Assembly: GCA_965219095.1 (NCBI GenBank)
Contig: CBDCMT010000001.1
Span: 512,001-576,000, forward strand
DNA: 64,000 nucleotides
Source of the DNA: Bdellovibrionales bacterium
Lineage (GTDB): Bacteria; Bdellovibrionota; Bdellovibrionia; Bdellovibrionales; UBA1609
Reading direction: 5' to 3'
Positions 61,801 through 64,000 of the stretch are shown here, piece after piece (within the stretch, counting starts at the first letter, position 1; each line of letters starts with the position of its first letter). The notes under the pieces are model-generated. The model saw only the letters and a list, made by a program, of their open reading frames with translations. It ran no database searches and was not told where the DNA came from. A program made the position numbers and the translations under genes.

Positions 61801-62036
61801 AAATTAACATGACAAGGTCTTCTCAAAAGGCTAAGAAAACACAATTGCAACACATAAAAAAATACAAAACAGTTCATAAAAAAGAGGCCAAGAAAGCTGT
61901 AGAGGATTTGAAGAAAGCTGTTTTAGAGGGGAAAAATACCTTTGAAATTCTTATGAAGGTTTGTTCTGTACTCACCCTTTCGCAAATGACACAAGCTCTT
62001 TATGAAGTTGGTGGAGAGTACCGTAGGAATCTGTAG
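58821..62036 (+). CDS. icmF: Fused isobutyryl-CoA mutase / MeaB-like GTPase
   Basis: N-terminal B12-binding FDGHD, P-loop GTGGSGKS, and mutase barrel RQFAG (Phe at the specificity position, as in ICM). Confidence 0.93.
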   Translation: MKLKNSVRIVTATALFDGHDASINIIRRILQDGGAEIIHLGHNRSVKEVVETALQEGVQGICISSYQGGHLEYFKYIKDLLNEKGGSYVKIFGGGGSVIVYEEKKELESYGITRIFHPHENRKIGLEGMKNFILQSCDFDLNESFLSKKPKGKTKEFPHRDLGLLCSSVENQKDVKEFRKLLDSFKKEKKPPIIGVTGTGGSGKSSLVDELIQRFLNFYPKLHVAVICVDPSKKKTGGALLGDRIRMNSLKREGVYMRSLASRESSNELSQSLPLILNELKALDFDLIIAESSGIGQGGLAITKICDESLYVMTSEFGAETQLEKIEMIDHADFIVINKSDHRGSEDAVRSVKKQYRRSKKLFSSAISEFPIYLTQASQFNDLGINKLFLDLSSKLASYDTLWSHSNYNTYSLNSSKKEIIIPSERQNYLSEIVSTVRQYKKRVHKIAQKASQLGALERVKNLGLYTSDMKEKQTQLREEFHHEELKLLESYEQNLQTYKKETLVYRSRKKISQPLYLESLSGSRLPRVCYPVLQDWGERFEFLCLENVPGEFPFTSGVFHLKRLDELPLRQFAGEGTPSQTNQRFHYLSQKNTAKRLSTAFDSVTLYGQDPHENPDIYGKVGESGVSVSTLDDMKELYKNFDLCDPLTSVSMTINGPAPMILAFFMNTAIDQQVQKKHKELGRDLSLKEYEGIKAFTLNTVRGTVQADILKEDQGQNTCIFSIDFSLKMMADIQEYFVQNKVKNFYSVSISGYHIAEAGANPITQLALTLSNAFTYVEYYLSRGMRIDDFAPNLSFFFSNGMDPEYTVLGRVARRLWAISMKEKYKGNVRSQKLKYHIQTSGRSLHDQEIEFNDIRTTLEALTALSDHCNSLHTNAYDEAITTPTEESVRRAQAIQLIINKEYGYSKNENPLQGSYFIHYLTDLVEEAVLDEFLKLNERGGVLGAMERQYQRSQIQEDSLYYESLKHNGSLPVIGVNTFIDQKVLEENYEPPKINMTRSSQKAKKTQLQHIKKYKTVHKKEAKKAVEDLKKAVLEGKNTFEILMKVCSVLTLSQMTQALYEVGGEYRRNL

Positions 62037-62047
62037 TAAAAAATAAG

Positions 62048-62091
62048 TGATCTTTCCCCAAAAAACTGTCCACTTTTTTGGAGAAAGATCA
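62048..62091. repeat. 44-bp IS3-type end-only hairpin directly after icmF (possible terminator)
   Basis: TGATCTTTCCCCAAAAAA-CTGTCCAC-TTTTTTGGAGAAAGATCA. Confidence 0.65.
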
Positions 62092-62098
62092 ATCACAT

Positions 62099-62200
62099 AA
62101 AATGATTCATAGTGGTAAACCTATTAACAAAGTCAAAGTAGCTTGTGCTAGAGAGATGTTGGGTTTTGTATTATGGGAGTGTTTCAATGAAGTGACTCAT
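62099..62200 (+). pseudogene. IS110-family transposase C-terminal remnant
   Basis: KMIHSGKPINKVKVACAREMLGFV, followed by frameshifted WE. Confidence 0.6.
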
Positions 62201-62220
62201 TCGCATCATTGAAACACATA

Positions 62221-62289
62221 TAGTGAATACACTTAGATTTTCTAGTCGATTCTCTAGGGAAAAACCTGAAAACCTAAATGAAATTACTA
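62221..62289. mobile_element. IS630-related MITE, second copy
   Basis: Diverged reverse complement of 10308-10377, flanked by TA. Confidence 0.75.
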
Positions 62290-62556
62290 TACAAAGATTG
62301 TATTTTTTATTTTTAGGGTAAGGAAGTAAGTCAAAACATAAAAAAGTGCATTTAAGTCTTTTTGGAGCTTTTACGCTGTCCTAGATGACATACATAGCAA
62401 AGTCGTTGAAAAAAGATTAAGCGGCAAAGCTCTTTCGTGTCATCTTAATGCGTTAACCAGCATGCAGATATGAGGTTGATAGTACAGAAGACTCATTTTT
62501 GAAAAACTTTTTTGTAAATGGAGAAGTGTTTTTTCTTGATATACTTTTTGATAGAC

Positions 62557-62641
62557 ACTCTAAAAATTTAACAGAGTTTGATTAAAAAGACAGGATGCTA
62601 TGCGTTAAAAAAAATGTCGAATTAATTTTTGGAAATGGTAT
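62557..62641 (-). mobile_element. IS630 type A left-end remnant
   Basis: Similar to 21904-21987. Confidence 0.8.
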
Positions 62642-63076
62642 AAGAAGGGCTTTTTGAATAAACTTTGTAAATTTTTCAAGTAGATAGAAGACAGTGAGGC
62701 TTCCATGGAGGTTTTTGTTTGTTAAGAAACAACAAGTTTACACAAAGTGACTCATTGGCATGAGTAGAAATAGTGGAGTAATTTTTTAAATTTGATATTT
62801 AAGAATAAGACTGATAATTTGCTACATTATTTTCTAAAGCTTCTAACAGACTGTTTTTAAAGGGTTTTTTGTGGTCCAAAGAAAATTCATAAGAAATCCA
62901 CATTTTTTCTGTTTTTAAAAACCACTCTAAAACCTTTGTAAATGAGGAAAATTTAAATTTTTCTTGTTTTTTTCTGCTTTAATGCTATAAGTTCAAACAA
63001 AAGAGAAGGAATGAAAAAAAGCGTAGCTTGTAGAGTGGAAAAGCTTTTATTGATTCTTTCTATACGGTAGGAAAGA

Positions 63077-63754
63077 ATGATGAGTTTAAAATTCGATCTT
63101 AAAGATCCACTATTCCAAAAAGCTCTTACGCATAAAAGCTATAAAAGTACTCATAAATACTTTGGAAACAATGAGAGACTTGAGTTTCTAGGAGATGCTG
63201 TTTTAGACCTTATCCTTAGCGAGTATCTTATGGATGAACATCCTAAAGCTCAAGAAGGAACCCTTTCTCTTTGGAGGGCTAGTCTTGTCAACATAGAGAC
63301 CTTGTATGAAGTAGGAACTCAATTGGAGCTTGAAAAGAAAATTCTTTTGGGAAAAAGTGAATTAAAACTAGGTTGTTGTAAAAACAAAAGGATCATTGCT
63401 TCTACTTTAGAAGCTTTAATAGGGGCTTTTCATTTAAAGTACGGTTTAAAAAGCACAAAAAAAATTGTTATTCATCTTTTCAAATCTTATTTAGATAAGC
63501 TTTCTTATAAAGTAAAATTTGAGAAAGATTATAAAACAAGATTACAGGAGTTTTTTCAAAAAAAAATTAAACGTCCTCCTTATTACAAAATTATTGAAGA
63601 AGAAGGACCTCCTCACAAGAAGACTTTTACTGTGCAAATTTTCTTTGACAAATACATGATCTCTCAAGGGGAGGGGAAGAATAAAAAAGAAGCTTCACAA
63701 AATGCAGCCCAAAAAGCTATGGAAAAACTCCCAGAAATTGAGACACTTTTATGA
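63077..63754 (+). CDS. rnc: Ribonuclease III
   Basis: ALTHKS, NERLEFLGDAVL, and dsRBD DYKTRLQE...GPPH. Confidence 0.96.
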   Translation: MMSLKFDLKDPLFQKALTHKSYKSTHKYFGNNERLEFLGDAVLDLILSEYLMDEHPKAQEGTLSLWRASLVNIETLYEVGTQLELEKKILLGKSELKLGCCKNKRIIASTLEALIGAFHLKYGLKSTKKIVIHLFKSYLDKLSYKVKFEKDYKTRLQEFFQKKIKRPPYYKIIEEEGPPHKKTFTVQIFFDKYMISQGEGKNKKEASQNAAQKAMEKLPEIETLL

Positions 63755-64000
63755 AGACAGGTCTTATCACACTTTTAGCACAAGCTAATGCAGGAAAAAG
63801 CTCACTTGTAAACCATATTGTAGGACAAAAACTCTCTATTGTTACCAAGAAACCTCAGACTACGAGAAAAAAAATACGAGGAATTTATCTTGATTCTGAA
63901 AGACAGGTGGTTTTTATCGATCCTCCTGGAATCATCAAAGCTCATAAAGGTCTTAACAAGTTTTTACAAAAACAGTGGATAAGTGCTGTTAAAGAATGTG
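63751..64000 (+). CDS. era: GTPase Era, 3'-partial
   Basis: Overlaps the rnc stop. Reads MKTGLITLLAQANAGKSSLVN...SIVTKKPQTTR...FIDPPG. Confidence 0.92.
   Translation, partial: MKTGLITLLAQANAGKSSLVNHIVGQKLSIVTKKPQTTRKKIRGIYLDSERQVVFIDPPGIIKAHKGLNKFLQKQWISAVKEC

Noticed and set aside
1..64000. CRISPR array, tRNA, rRNA, DGR or retron
   Set aside because: No regularly spaced repeat-spacer series, no cloverleaf or rRNA signatures, and no reverse transcriptase or cas ORF was seen.

Overview
AT-rich bacterial chromosome segment, probably Bdellovibrionota-like. This is inferred from a signal-peptide subtilase with a C-terminal PilZ domain, mreC-mreD-mrdA-rodA without an adjacent mreB, icmF and several lineage-specific exported proteins. 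Intact housekeeping blocks are namZ, thiBPQ, mreCD-mrdA-rodA, queD-cdd, sohB, ileS-lspA-lgt, plsC-hbd-icmF and rnc-era. They are interleaved with a very dense load of insertion sequences and remnants: IS630 (three types), ISL3, single-ORF IS66, IS256, IS1634, IS110, IS5 and IS3. Several of these have collapsed to end-only palindromes of 26-80 bp, and many truncations sit on 6-10 bp microhomologies. The 10.8-21.5 kb region is a decayed defence/integrative island: serine recombinase and SIR2 fragments, an IS-split type III Res, an intact SNF2+SWIM pair, an IS-split HEPN toxin and an MNT that probably ran into HsdS. A truncated hsdM and two intact AAA-ATPase/nuclease (DUF4143-type) genes lie at 42.6-46.2 kb, one of them bracketed by ~116-bp direct repeats. 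The most unusual protein-level signals are two cytoplasmic-type enzyme folds that carry signal peptides: a CCA/poly(A)-polymerase-like protein and an amidoligase-like protein. No CRISPR array, tRNA or rRNA was recognised. All assignments are by eye from motifs; no database searches were run.
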